Assembly (NCBI GenBank): GCA_964371255.1
Contig: CAYJKV010000001.1
Coordinates: forward strand, 99,140 to 163,139
Reading direction: 5' to 3'
DNA: 64,000 nt
Source: an uncultured Candidatus Saccharibacteria bacterium
GTDB taxonomy: Bacteria > Patescibacteriota > Andersenbacteria > UBA10190
Part shown: positions 29,573 through 38,702 of the stretch, in pieces
Layout of the letters: each line of letters begins with the position of its first letter
Position numbering within the stretch: the stretch's first letter is position 1
Notes under the pieces: generated by a model
Told to the model about the DNA's origin: nothing
Seen by the model: only the letters and a program-made list of their open reading frames with translations
Database searches by the model: none
Program-made: the position numbers and the translations under genes

Positions 29573-29819
29573 AAGAGATAAGAATAATCAATTTAGAATC
29601 GAAGCAAAGAAGCATTATCTTGTATCATATTATGACATATTTTGCCAGTAGGGGATGGTGAGTGGAATCTTTATCTGTCAGCGGGCGTTGACAAACAAAA
29701 ACCGTGAGGAGCGAGGCAGGAGGGAGGAGGTGGTAGCGGATAGGGTAGCTGGGTACTGTTTGGTGGAAATTAGTTAGGATGATAATAGTGGATTCCAGTA
29801 TGGCGATAAACTAACTCTG

Positions 29820-30794
29820 TTGTCGGAAGCACAAGCTGATATACTAAGAAGCATGAATGAGGTTGTGTCATTGCCACCCGGGGTCGCCATTGCGATAATT
29901 GCCTTCTTACTGAGCTTGTTGCCAGCAGGGTTATTCATCTGGCTGTGGTATTTGCGACGAGTAGATAGACCGGTACCCAGCCGAACAGTAGCTATATCTT
30001 TCTTGATTGGTCTTTTACTTGTTTGGCCGGCTTTTAAGTTAGAAGCATGGGCGTCAGATGTTTGGTATGCGGTGTCACCAGCGACGGCGCATTATTTTGT
30101 AGGGGCGGTACTGCCGCTGCAGGGAATGGCTGATGTCTTTCTGCCGGCACTGGGCACTTTTGTTGTAGTAGCGACAGTGGAAGAAGGTTTGCGATTTTTG
30201 ATGTTGCTATTGTGGTACAGAAAAAGTCGGGATATTGATCAGGTGTTTGATGGTTTGGTGGTGGGCATAGCGGCCGGACTAGGTTTCGCGACGATGGAGA
30301 ACACGCTATATTTTTTAAATTTATTTACGCAAGGAAGTTTCGATACGCTGGTGTTTGTCTTTTTCCTGCGCTTTATGATTTCAACTTTGGCGCATATATC
30401 GTTCGCAGGTTTGATGGGGGTAATGCTCGCGCGTGGCATCTTTGCTATCTATAAAGTGCAAAAAAGACAGTGGATCATTTTGGCCTTGCTTGTGCCGTGG
30501 TTTTTGCATGGTTTGTATGATCTGTTATTGGGGCTGAATTTGACGATTTATGCCGTGCTGATGTTGTTGCCGTGCTTACTGATATTAGTCGCGTGGATAA
30601 ACCGCCGGGAATTTTTTGCGATAGCCAGACAGCACGGCAAAATATTGGTCAATCAGCGAGCACCGGAAACTCGCTCGATGATAGTGATGCGGAAATATTT
30701 CAAACAAACTGAATCACCCTGGAATATTTATGCTCCCTGGCTGCGCGAGAGGCGTTTGAGGTATACTATTCTTAAGGACTTGGAAAAGGACTAA
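29820..30794 (+). CDS. PrsW-family intramembrane metalloprotease
   Basis: VEEGLR, DGLVVG.AAGLGFATMEN, AHISF, LHGLYD. The true start may be a downstream ATG. Confidence 0.88.
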   Translation: MSEAQADILRSMNEVVSLPPGVAIAIIAFLLSLLPAGLFIWLWYLRRVDRPVPSRTVAISFLIGLLLVWPAFKLEAWASDVWYAVSPATAHYFVGAVLPLQGMADVFLPALGTFVVVATVEEGLRFLMLLLWYRKSRDIDQVFDGLVVGIAAGLGFATMENTLYFLNLFTQGSFDTLVFVFFLRFMISTLAHISFAGLMGVMLARGIFAIYKVQKRQWIILALLVPWFLHGLYDLLLGLNLTIYAVLMLLPCLLILVAWINRREFFAIARQHGKILVNQRAPETRSMIVMRKYFKQTESPWNIYAPWLRERRLRYTILKDLEKD

Positions 30795-30796
30795 AT

Positions 30797-31240
30797 ATGA
30801 CTAGAGCACAGATAACGGTGGTGGTATTAATTGCGCTAGTATTACTAGTTGTTTTGGGTTTGGTTGCATCGCGCGTTGGAGGATCAGCAATTCGTACTTC
30901 CGGCCAGGTCCGGATTGGGCAGTTAGAGTTATCCAGTAATAAAATATTACCGGGTGCGCCGGTTACGGTTAGTTATGATTTGATTGAGCTGGACGCGGTG
31001 GATGATGCCTCAATGGTAATGGTTAGGACACCCACGGAAAGCATTGTGATTAGCGAGGTCAGCAGGGCGGAGCTAGGGAACGGTACGTTTATCGTGACTG
31101 TCCCCTGTGAAAAGTATGAAGCACTAGAGAAGAATAAAGCAGGCAGGTTCGTGTTGGTGCTAAACAAAGACCAGCGAGTGCTAGCGCAGAGTGAGCAGTT
31201 TACTTTATTGCCAGCCGGGCCGGAATGCATTTATAAGTAA
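30797..31240 (+). CDS. Membrane-anchored hypothetical protein
   Basis: N-terminal transmembrane helix and a beta-rich body; starts 2 bp after the PrsW gene. Confidence 0.65.
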   Translation: MTRAQITVVVLIALVLLVVLGLVASRVGGSAIRTSGQVRIGQLELSSNKILPGAPVTVSYDLIELDAVDDASMVMVRTPTESIVISEVSRAELGNGTFIVTVPCEKYEALEKNKAGRFVLVLNKDQRVLAQSEQFTLLPAGPECIYK

Positions 31241-31261
31241 CAGCCAGCGGATTAACCGAAC

Positions 31262-31283
31262 TACCGCGTTGGCGGTATTTTTT
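31262..31283 (+). terminator. Intrinsic terminator
   Basis: TACCGC-GTTG-GCGGTA hairpin followed by a T-run. Confidence 0.6.
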
Positions 31284-31303
31284 TACGGATGTGATGGGTA
31301 ATA

Positions 31304-32248
31304 TTATGCGACGAGGTCGGGCAGTGACCGGAAGTAATCAATGGTTTTTGTCAGGCCAACGGTCAGGGGAGTGGTCGGATGCCAATTCAGTAATTGCTTG
31401 GCTTTAGTGATGTCCGGTTGGCGACGCTTTGGATCGTCTTGCGGGATTTCTTTATAGACTGGACTGACGGACGGGCCGATCAGGGCAATGACCTGGTCCG
31501 CTAATTCTTGCATGGTAACTTCCTCCGGATTGCCAATGTTAACTGGCCCGGTTTCCTGGTCTTGATTCATCATCCGGATCAGGCCCTCGACATTATCATC
31601 GACATAACAGAAGGAGCGGGTGTGTGAGCCATCGCCATAAATGGTAATGGGTTGCCGGCGCAGAGCTTGGAGAATAAAATTACTGACTACTCGACCGTCG
31701 TCCGGATGCATGCGGGGACCGTAAGTATTAAAAATGCGCACCAGGCGGAGGCTTAAGTTATGTTCACGGTGATAATCCATGCAAAGGGTTTCGGCCACGC
31801 GTTTTCCTTCGTCGTAGCAAGCGCGCGGGCCGAGGCAGTTGACGGATCCTTTGTAGCTTTCCGGTTGGGGATGAACTTCGGGATCGCCATAAACCTCCGA
31901 GGTTGAGGCTTGTAGAATACGAGCTTGCTTGGCTTTCGCGAGGCCAAGCATGTTGATCACCCCTTTGGTGTTGGCTTTAACGGTACGGATAGGATCTTGC
32001 TGGTAGTGAACGGGGGAGGCAGGACAGGCCAGATTATATATCTGATCAATTGGCTGATCTAAATAAAGCGGATCGATAATGTCGTGCTCAAGCAGTGTGA
32101 ACTTTTTATTGGTTAATAAATGCTCAATGTTGCGGTGCTGGCCAGTAAAAAAATTATCAAGACAGATAACCGTGTGGCCGTCGGCCAACAGACGTTCGCT
32201 AAGATGGCTGCCGATGAAGCCTGCCCCGCCGGTAATTAGAATAACCAT
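31304..32248 (-). CDS. UDP-glucuronate decarboxylase (UDP-xylose synthase family SDR)
   Basis: [64 protein letters not shown]. Confidence 0.93.
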   Translation of the reverse strand: MVILITGGAGFIGSHLSERLLADGHTVICLDNFFTGQHRNIEHLLTNKKFTLLEHDIIDPLYLDQPIDQIYNLACPASPVHYQQDPIRTVKANTKGVINMLGLAKAKQARILQASTSEVYGDPEVHPQPESYKGSVNCLGPRACYDEGKRVAETLCMDYHREHNLSLRLVRIFNTYGPRMHPDDGRVVSNFILQALRRQPITIYGDGSHTRSFCYVDDNVEGLIRMMNQDQETGPVNIGNPEEVTMQELADQVIALIGPSVSPVYKEIPQDDPKRRQPDITKAKQLLNWHPTTPLTVGLTKTIDYFRSLPDLVA

Positions 32249-32446
32249 ATGCTTTTATAAACATAAGACGGATAAAGGAAAGAGTAAAACGGGTTTAATG
32301 CGCAATGGCCAAGGTCCAAGCAAGACCTCAGCGGTATGGTTAACAACCTATGGCGGCAAGAGAGCAGCGGCAATAACACTAACGAAACATTAAAATATAA
32401 CTTACAAAAAACAGTCCCAGGACTGCTCGTCAAGACGTTTTTTGTG

Positions 32447-32803
32447 TTACGCTTTGCTTTTTTGCACTTGTTCGACGATAGCTTGGAAAGTCTCAGGGTA
32501 ACTGATGGCTATTTCGGAAAGGACTTTGCGATCCAGCTCGACGTTGGTGGCGCGCAGCTGATGGATCAGTCTAGAGTAGGTGGTGCCATGCAATCGAGCG
32601 GCAGCATTGATATCGGTTTGCCACTCTTGCCTTTTCACAGCTTTCTTTTTACGGCGATCAAAGTAAGCGTGCTGGCCGGCTTTCAAGACAGCTTCCTTGG
32701 CTAACTTAAATACTTTACTGCGTCGCCCGCGGTAACCTTTGGCGCGCTTGAGCCACTTATGATGGCGAGCTTTAGTCTGGGGACTGTTGCTGGTGCGTGA
32801 CAT
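32447..32803 (-). CDS. rplT: 50S ribosomal protein L20
   Basis: AKGYRGRRSK, AYFDRRKKK, INAAAR, YSRLI, LDRKVLSEIA. Confidence 0.96.
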   Translation of the reverse strand: MSRTSNSPQTKARHHKWLKRAKGYRGRRSKVFKLAKEAVLKAGQHAYFDRRKKKAVKRQEWQTDINAAARLHGTTYSRLIHQLRATNVELDRKVLSEIAISYPETFQAIVEQVQKSKA

Positions 32804-32832
32804 ATGGGTATAAAAGATTAATTGGACTTATC

Positions 32833-33027
32833 TTACTGGTAAGGCAATAGATCGTGCAAGTTTGCTTTATCGGCTGACTTAACCAGGCGCCCAGAATGTT
32901 TGCGGCGTGTTTCATCACCAGTGTTCTTGGCATTAAAATGAGATTGGTTAATCGTCTGGTGTTTAGCTTTTCCCCGTGAGGAAAAACTGAATCTTTTATT
33001 GGCAGCGCGGTTGGTTTTTTGCTTCAT
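32833..33027 (-). CDS. rpmI: 50S ribosomal protein L35 (divergent)
   Basis: MKQKTNRAANKRF...H....K...LLPY; lies between infC and rplT. Confidence 0.88.
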   Translation of the reverse strand: MKQKTNRAANKRFSFSSRGKAKHQTINQSHFNAKNTGDETRRKHSGRLVKSADKANLHDLLPYQ

Positions 33028-33092
33028 AAAATAGGGAGAAAACAGGAAATTAACAGATAAAGAGGCGGAAAATGTATGATAGGGGATAAATA

Positions 33093-33638
33093 CTAACGTG
33101 TCAACAGGGCAGATAAACCGCGAGGCGAGCGTCCAACCCGGCCCTCGATTTTTGCTCCACCGGGCACGGCGACGACAAAATCATGCAGCTTTTGTTCGGC
33201 CATCCGCTCGCGGCTTCGTTCACGGCCGCGAAGGCGTATTTCCAGTTTAACTTTATTGCCTTCTGCCAAAAAGCGGTCAGCCTGAGTGAGGCGAAGGTTC
33301 CAATCATGCTCACCAATCTTGAAACCAATGCGTACGCCTTTAATGTTGCCGGTCTTACTGATTTTCTTTTGTTTGGCTTGTTTCTTACTCTTTTCGTACA
33401 TGTGCTTGCCAACATCCATAAGTCGGGCGACGGGTGGATCGGTTTTTTCGGCGACGACAACCAAGTCTGTCCCCGCTTCCTCCGCTTTCGCGCGAGCTTC
33501 GCTGGTGGGCATGACGCCCAATTGCTCACTGTCGACGCCGATCAGGCGTACTTGAGAAGCAAAAATTTCCTCGTTGGTGGGAGGTTTTTTAACCTGCGGC
33601 TTGGGCCTGGAACGAAAACGGCGGCGACGAGATGACAT
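33093..33638 (-). CDS. infC: Translation initiation factor IF-3
   Basis: NEEI....VRLIG...EQLGV, DLVVVA...PPVARLMD.GK, FLAEGNKVK..RLRGRE. Confidence 0.95.
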   Translation of the reverse strand: MSSRRRRFRSRPKPQVKKPPTNEEIFASQVRLIGVDSEQLGVMPTSEARAKAEEAGTDLVVVAEKTDPPVARLMDVGKHMYEKSKKQAKQKKISKTGNIKGVRIGFKIGEHDWNLRLTQADRFLAEGNKVKLEIRLRGRERSRERMAEQKLHDFVVAVPGGAKIEGRVGRSPRGLSALLTR

Positions 33639-33980
33639 AGTGGAATAATTTCAAAATCCAAATGACAAATGTCAAAAGGAGATAAGTATAACTTAAATTT
33701 TAGAGTGATGCGGTTTTGCGCATCTGGGGGGTATATTAGAGGTTATTTTCGCATTTGGCAATATGAGGATGAATAGCTACTTAGGAATACCTTATCTGTG
33801 AATGGTTTCTGAGTGTGTTTATGAGGTATTGGTTGGTAACTAAATGTCCAATGACCAATAACCTAAAAGTCAAAGCTCAATTGATCCTCCTTTTTCGAGA
33901 AACATAAATGATCATAAAACAGTTTTTACTATCGAGGGTCGGTATTTTTTTAGTAGGGGAGGGATGCTATTGTTAAATCT

Positions 33981-34427
33981 ATGAAAACAGTTGTTAACAA
34001 AAGGGCAAGGTTTGATTATGAGTTGATTGAAAAATACGAAGGAGGGCTTGTTTTGTTGGGTACTGAAGTAAAGTCGGTGAAGGCGGGGAATATCAGTCTC
34101 AAAGGATCCTTTGTGACTTTTCATGGTGATGAACCATATCTAACAAACGCGACTATTCCGCCATGGCAGGTGATTAACGCGCCGGCCGATTATGACCCAG
34201 AACGGTCTCGAAAGATATTGCTTACCAAAGCGGAAATAAAAGAGTTGATAGGAGCGAAACAGACAAGGGGGTTGACAATAGTGCCTGTGCGTGTCTATAC
34301 TAAAGGACCTCGAGTAAAAATTGAGATAGCGTTGGCTAAGGGAAAGCAAATGGTGGATAAGAAGAAGGAAAAGAAGGAGAAAGATATTGCCCGGGAAACG
34401 CAAAGGTTTTTAAGAGGGAAAGAATGA
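33981..34427 (+). CDS. smpB: SsrA-binding protein
   Basis: NKRARFDYEL, GLVLLGTEVKS, YDPERSRKILL, GLTIVP, IALAKGK..DK. Confidence 0.97.
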   Translation: MKTVVNKRARFDYELIEKYEGGLVLLGTEVKSVKAGNISLKGSFVTFHGDEPYLTNATIPPWQVINAPADYDPERSRKILLTKAEIKELIGAKQTRGLTIVPVRVYTKGPRVKIEIALAKGKQMVDKKKEKKEKDIARETQRFLRGKE

Positions 34428-34623
34428 AATGTCCAATGACCAATTCCCAATGTCCAATCAATGACCAAATCCCAAAGATAATAGACACAAATTAATATCA
34501 AAATATAAACAGAAAATCTAAGGTGTTGTTTGTTGAATTTATAATTTGTTAGGATTTCGTGAAGAAGGGAGAGGTTGAGAGTAGTTAGTCTGACCGGCGC
34601 TGTAGTTTGCTAACGATGAGGGG

Positions 34624-34655
34624 CATGCCCTGTCGTTCGCGAACGACAGGGCATG
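34624..34655. repeat. Perfect 32-bp palindrome overlapping the tmRNA 5' end
   Basis: CATGCCCTGTCGTTCG|CGAACGACAGGGCATG is its own reverse complement. Confidence 0.9.
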
Positions 34656-35039
34656 TTAGGCTTCGATGGAATGTTGTTTGTTCAATTAGCGTGTAGTGAG
34701 GGGTGAATGACTCACTCAAATCAATTGTTCACAAAGTTACGTGCAAACTTATTTAGTCGCGTGAAGGCAGCTTTTGCTCCTTCATTTGCGCCAGCTTTCG
34801 CTTAATACCGAAAGCCATCGTGTTAGATCAGCCGTTGGATCTTCTCACGGTGTCAACCTAAACGGCTATATATATTGAGAATTGAGAGGCTTAATATACA
34901 AACTGCACTAAATCTCACACTGTCTGGAATACTTGGCTGGTCTGCTGGTTCCAGGTAGTGTAAAAAAATTAGTCCAGCTACACACGTAGAAAATTGGATA
35001 ATATCGTTTCAGACGGCGGTTCAATTCCGCCCATGTCCA
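34649..35039 (+). ncRNA. ssrA: tmRNA (ssrA), CCA not encoded; tag reading frame 34743-34805 = ANLFSRVKAAFAPSFAPAFA*
   Basis: 5' GGGCATG pairs with 3' CATGTCC-A including the G3.U70 alanine determinant; 5' GG-CTTCGA motif; T-arm GGCGG-TTCAATT-CCGCC; Ala-rich tag ending FA*; next to smpB. Confidence 0.92.
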
Positions 35040-35173
35040 CTGATATGAGGGAAGGGAGGTATCCCTTCCCTCATCGAAAAATTGCCTGGCAATTTTCCTG
35101 CTCCTATTCCACAAGGTGTCCTCAGTTTCCGGCGGAGCCGGAAATTCGGATTTAATTAAAATGTACTTGACCC
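35025..35173 (+). repeat. Direct repeat copy 1 (tmRNA 3' end plus three-hairpin block)
   Basis: 35025-35160 matches 36154-36289 (136 bp, 2 mismatches); 35031-35173 is identical to 37752-37894 (143 bp). Confidence 0.95.
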
Positions 35174-35283
35174 TCTTTTTATTGACCCCCTTTTTACCAC
35201 ACCGTTGACATAATGAAAATAAAATTATACTTTAGGCAGTCCAGTTAAGACTGTTATTTCAACTTACAATAAAGGAATGGGCA

Positions 35284-36051
35284 ATGAATCCATACATCGG
35301 TATTACCGACTTCATGGACTTCGGACAAGTTCAGGAAATGTCGCAAGGGTTTGCCGCTCATCAACCGCTAGGATCAAACCGGATGTTACATGTGGGTGTG
35401 ATGATGAGCTACAAGACGCTTCATGGCATCCTGAGCAAGTGGCAAGATGTTTTCCCTTTGAAGGAACGGATTGCTAGCATCTTTTCCTCTAGCAAGGTGT
35501 ACAACTGTTTGCACTACGCGGACTACGACAACAATCCCGATCTCGGGAAAAGTCTTGCAACCGCGGTCTCTTATGGTGGCATTGGCATGCATGCCCTTCA
35601 ACTCGACATGACCTGGCCGGATCGGAATGAGATCGCAAAAGGAGTTCACACTTCGTGTAAGCAGATCGAAGTTATTCTCCAGATTGGCAAGAATGCACTG
35701 GAAGAAGTCGGCAACGATCCGCAAAGAGTTGTTGAGCGTCTAGGTGAGTATGAAGGCGTGGTCCAACGCGTATTGCTAGACAAGAGTATGGGGAGGGGGC
35801 TCGGCATGGACGCTGCTAATCTCATCTCGTTTGTGCGAGCAATTAGGAAAAGTTTTCCAACGCTCGGAATTGGAGTTGCTGGTGGTCTCGGACCGGAAAC
35901 GATTCAGTTGGTCGAATCGCTTGTCGCAGTGTTTCCGGATTTGAGCATTGATGCTCAAGGAAAACTTCGTCCGAGCGGGAACGCTCTCGATCCGATTGAT
36001 TGGGACATGGCTCGAACTTACCTTATTAAAGCCCATCAGCTTTTTGCCTGA
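35284..36051 (+). CDS. TIM-barrel protein, phosphoribosylanthranilate isomerase (TrpF)-like
   Basis: YIGIT, ALQLD, LLDKSMGRG, GVAGGLGPET and SIDAQGKLR resemble the PRAI phosphate-binding motifs. The actual function is unknown. Confidence 0.6.
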   Translation: MNPYIGITDFMDFGQVQEMSQGFAAHQPLGSNRMLHVGVMMSYKTLHGILSKWQDVFPLKERIASIFSSSKVYNCLHYADYDNNPDLGKSLATAVSYGGIGMHALQLDMTWPDRNEIAKGVHTSCKQIEVILQIGKNALEEVGNDPQRVVERLGEYEGVVQRVLLDKSMGRGLGMDAANLISFVRAIRKSFPTLGIGVAGGLGPETIQLVESLVAVFPDLSIDAQGKLRPSGNALDPIDWDMARTYLIKAHQLFA

Positions 36052-36063
36052 TGACAATCTTGC

Positions 36064-36095
36064 AGCTCTCGCTCTTTGTAGTGAGAGCTTTTTTT
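36064..36095 (+). terminator. Intrinsic terminator of the cassette 1 gene
   Basis: AGCTCTCGC...GTGAGAGCT hairpin followed by a T-run. Confidence 0.75.
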
Positions 36096-36153
36096 GCTTA
36101 ATTTAGTAACACAAACAAACGAAATAACTCCGTCCGCAAAGTGTTCCAACCGT

Positions 36154-36289
36154 TTCCGCCCATGTCCACTGATATGAGGGAAGGGAGGTATCCCCTCCCT
36201 CATCGAAAAATTGCCTGGCAATTTTCCTGCTCCTATTCCACAAGGTGTCCTCAGTTTCCGGCGGAGCCGGAAATTCGGATTTAGTTAAA
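36154..36289 (+). repeat. Direct repeat copy 2
   Basis: TTCCGCCCATGTCCACTGATATGAGGG...GGATTTAGTTAAA; preceded by CGCAAAGTGTTCCAAC, which is shared with copy 3. Confidence 0.95.
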
Positions 36290-36290
36290 T

Positions 36291-37232
36291 TTCAAACATC
36301 GGGTGTTTGAATTTTCTAACTCTAGTTTGGATTGTTTGGCTCGTTTTTGATTGAAATAGTAGGAGACGCACCTCTAACTTTAATACCCCCTTTGTTTGGC
36401 CGCTCAAACATGGCAAATTCCCTTAGTCTCTTTTGATTAAGTTCCTTCGACATTCTTATATTATCCTGGGCAAGACGTTCTGCTAAATTAACGGCTCTAT
36501 CAGCTAAGGCGCCTGTTCGCACGTTCTCGCTTTTTAAAGATTGGGTTAAGTCGGAAATATATTGATTCATTGTCTCTCGTGATTTTTCCGCCTCCCTATC
36601 CAGTCTGACTTTTTCCTCAATTACTTCAGTAACGGGGCGAAGTCCTCCCTTAATCCCAAAAAAATTAAATCCATCGAGTGAAAAGAGCAGATAAGCAAAA
36701 ACCCGTTTAAAATAAAGGAGTCCAAACAATGCCACTAATGGCCAGGGTAGTTTTTCCAGGACGGGAGCTGACTTTTCAATCAGTTGTAATAAGCGATTGA
36801 ATTGAACTTCAGAGAAAACATCAATGCTCGCATAGATACCAGCGCCAATTGTTCCCACGAAAAGGAGGAGCCCTAAAGTTATATCAATTCTTAAACTGAT
36901 ATTTTTTAATATTCCGATAATTTCTTTTATTCCTATCCTCCGAAACATACCGTGATTATCTCTCTGTAGTCCTAGAAGTCAATTAGACGTGAGGCTGTAA
37001 ATATTGCGTCTTCATGAAATTCAAACACCCGACATTTGAAAAGCCATGACCAGGCCGATAAGGGCGATATCTGGCCTATCGGTATAATAATTGAGATTCA
37101 AGCAATATTTACATATCTGCATGTGTGCCGTAGAGCAGATGGTGCCAGGACTATTGCTGATACATTACACTTACTATTAGATTATGAGGGCTAGAAGCCG
37201 TATTGTGGTTATTCAAACATCGGGTGTTTGAA
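36291..37232. repeat. Three copies of an imperfect 21-bp palindrome TTCAAACATCGGGTGTTTGAA (36291-36311, 37020-37040 inverted, 37212-37232)
   Basis: Read directly; the middle copy is the reverse complement with 2 mismatches. Confidence 0.85.
36322..36948 (-). CDS. Hypothetical membrane protein with a coiled-coil C-terminus
   Basis: 208-aa ORF with two hydrophobic segments and a charged helical tail. Confidence 0.7.
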   Translation of the reverse strand: MFRRIGIKEIIGILKNISLRIDITLGLLLFVGTIGAGIYASIDVFSEVQFNRLLQLIEKSAPVLEKLPWPLVALFGLLYFKRVFAYLLFSLDGFNFFGIKGGLRPVTEVIEEKVRLDREAEKSRETMNQYISDLTQSLKSENVRTGALADRAVNLAERLAQDNIRMSKELNQKRLREFAMFERPNKGGIKVRGASPTISIKNEPNNPN

Positions 37233-37393
37233 TTTTTAATTTTTGGAATGCTGTTTTTTTTCAAAACAGACCAAATAAACCCCTTCGCATAGTCTGGCAT
37301 TGATTTTGCCACTAAATAGCCTCATTATACAGAACAGACGTTCTTTTTGGTTGGGGTACCTTACATTTCTAATTTTATGAAGGGATGGGTCAC

Positions 37394-37582
37394 ATGGCTC
37401 AGTTTGATGATCTTGAGCTAAACAGAGCCGCAGAAGAGGTACACGCGGCTGCGCAGGCTGGCAGAGACGGTTATAGTGATGCTGCCACGCGCTGGCTAGA
37501 CGAGACAACGGATGCGGCCAAGCAAGCCATCAATGACAGAGTTGTCGAAAAGTACGGGGAGGAACATCGGCGCAAGTTTTAG
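37394..37582 (+). CDS. Small acidic helical protein (62 aa), paralog of 41380..41568
   Basis: Gapless alignment with 41380..41568 gives 25/62 identities; purine-rich RBS-like sequence upstream and a terminator at 37656-37685. Confidence 0.8.
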   Translation: MAQFDDLELNRAAEEVHAAAQAGRDGYSDAATRWLDETTDAAKQAINDRVVEKYGEEHRRKF

Positions 37583-37751
37583 TGTGCTAGAAGGCAAGCG
37601 AAGCATATCGACGAGCGCACAGTTCTTAGATAGCGACATCGAACAGATCCAAGACAACCGCCGTGGGTAACTGCAGCGGTTTTTTAAAATCGCTCTTGTA
37701 ATACAAGTAAACCAAACAACTTTTTTCGCAAAGTGTTCCAACTCGATCTCA

Positions 37752-37894
37752 CCATGTCCACTGATATGAGGGAAGGGAGGTATCCCTTCCCTCATCGAAA
37801 AATTGCCTGGCAATTTTCCTGCTCCTATTCCACAAGGTGTCCTCAGTTTCCGGCGGAGCCGGAAATTCGGATTTAATTAAAATGTACTTGACCC
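37752..37894 (+). repeat. Direct repeat copy 3
   Basis: Identical to 35031-35173. Confidence 0.95.
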
Positions 37895-38134
37895 CCCTTT
37901 TCCCCCCCCTTTTTTTTCCTCTTGTTAATTATCGTCGCAAATGAATGAATTAAAGGAAATGAATTAAAGATTAATCCTTTAATACTATTTCATATGCCCT
38001 AGTCTACGACCTGCGAGGACATATGTTTGTGGTGAATACCATACATCCTTGACATGGAGACTGTAAGTATCTAGATTTGTTGGTTCAGGTTTGTTTGGTC
38101 GCTTCGCGTTGTTCATTACAGAAAGGTGGGTAAG

Positions 38135-38566
38135 ATGCCAGGAGGAATTCGTTTGCAGCGTGATTCTCGTGAAGGGCGGCGTTGGTTGCACACGATTCGA
38201 GGTACTGTTACTGGCCATGCCGTACGGGTTACGGGTTGGTGGATCTTTAAGGAGCGGATTGCGATTATGAAAATCGCTCTCGATCCAAGCCAAGTAGAGG
38301 CCTTCAACCGTTTGGCGCGCCAGACGATGTGCGTCGACGATAGTGGTAATTTGGCCGGAATCGCACAGGCTCTGAGTATTGGTGTAGCTGAGGCCAAGCT
38401 CGCAGAGTTTCCGGTGGGTGCCAATGTCGCTGTTGTGTTTGGATATGCTGGACCGATTGAGCAGTTCTTCAATGGCCGGGATCCTCTGGCAGTAGTTGAT
38501 ATCAAAATCATCACTGCAGATACCGTGCTGCCGAATGAGGTTAAGGTGTCCCTGGTAGATGTTTAA
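38135..38566 (+). CDS. Hypothetical protein
   Basis: 143-aa ORF after GAAAGGTGG, followed by a terminator-like hairpin at ~38599-38637. No family recognised. Confidence 0.6.
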   Translation: MPGGIRLQRDSREGRRWLHTIRGTVTGHAVRVTGWWIFKERIAIMKIALDPSQVEAFNRLARQTMCVDDSGNLAGIAQALSIGVAEAKLAEFPVGANVAVVFGYAGPIEQFFNGRDPLAVVDIKIITADTVLPNEVKVSLVDV

Positions 38567-38702
38567 CTAAGGCCTGACACACCCGTCCATCGAACGTAAC
38601 CGCCCAAGTCTCTTTCATGGGACCGTGGCGGTTTTTTATTGGGCGAAAATAAAAAGCGGGTTAGATACAATTGTTTGAGCAATTATATTAACCCGTTGTC
38701 AG

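Larger units (their letters stand above)
35031..36159. mobile_element. Putative tmRNA-integrated cassette 1 (1129 bp, no integrase)
   Basis: Bounded by direct repeats that start with the tmRNA 3' end; contains a promoter-like sequence, one gene, a terminator and a conserved arm before the next core. Confidence 0.65.
36160..37751. mobile_element. Putative tmRNA-integrated cassette 2 (1592 bp, no integrase)
   Basis: Lies between repeat copies 2 and 3; carries two genes and three 21-bp palindromes. Confidence 0.65.

Noticed and set aside
35010-35040. Stand-alone tRNA gene
   Set aside because: Only a T-arm and acceptor 3' strand are present, and they belong to the tmRNA.
35126-35144. Repeat unit as a CsrB/RsmZ-like CsrA sponge (GGA in a hairpin loop)
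   Set aside because: There is only one looped GGA per unit and it lacks the ANGGA context; too weak to claim.
36036-37813. Minus-strand ORFs starting MPGNFSMREGIPPFPHISGHG (36036-36221, 37496-37813; related 34908-35114)
   Set aside because: Their shared sequence is simply the antisense of the DNA repeat and arm; there is no independent coding evidence.
35025-37894. CRISPR array interpretation of the three direct repeats
   Set aside because: The repeats are ~140 bp with 1-1.5 kb gene-containing intervals, and there are no cas genes in the window.
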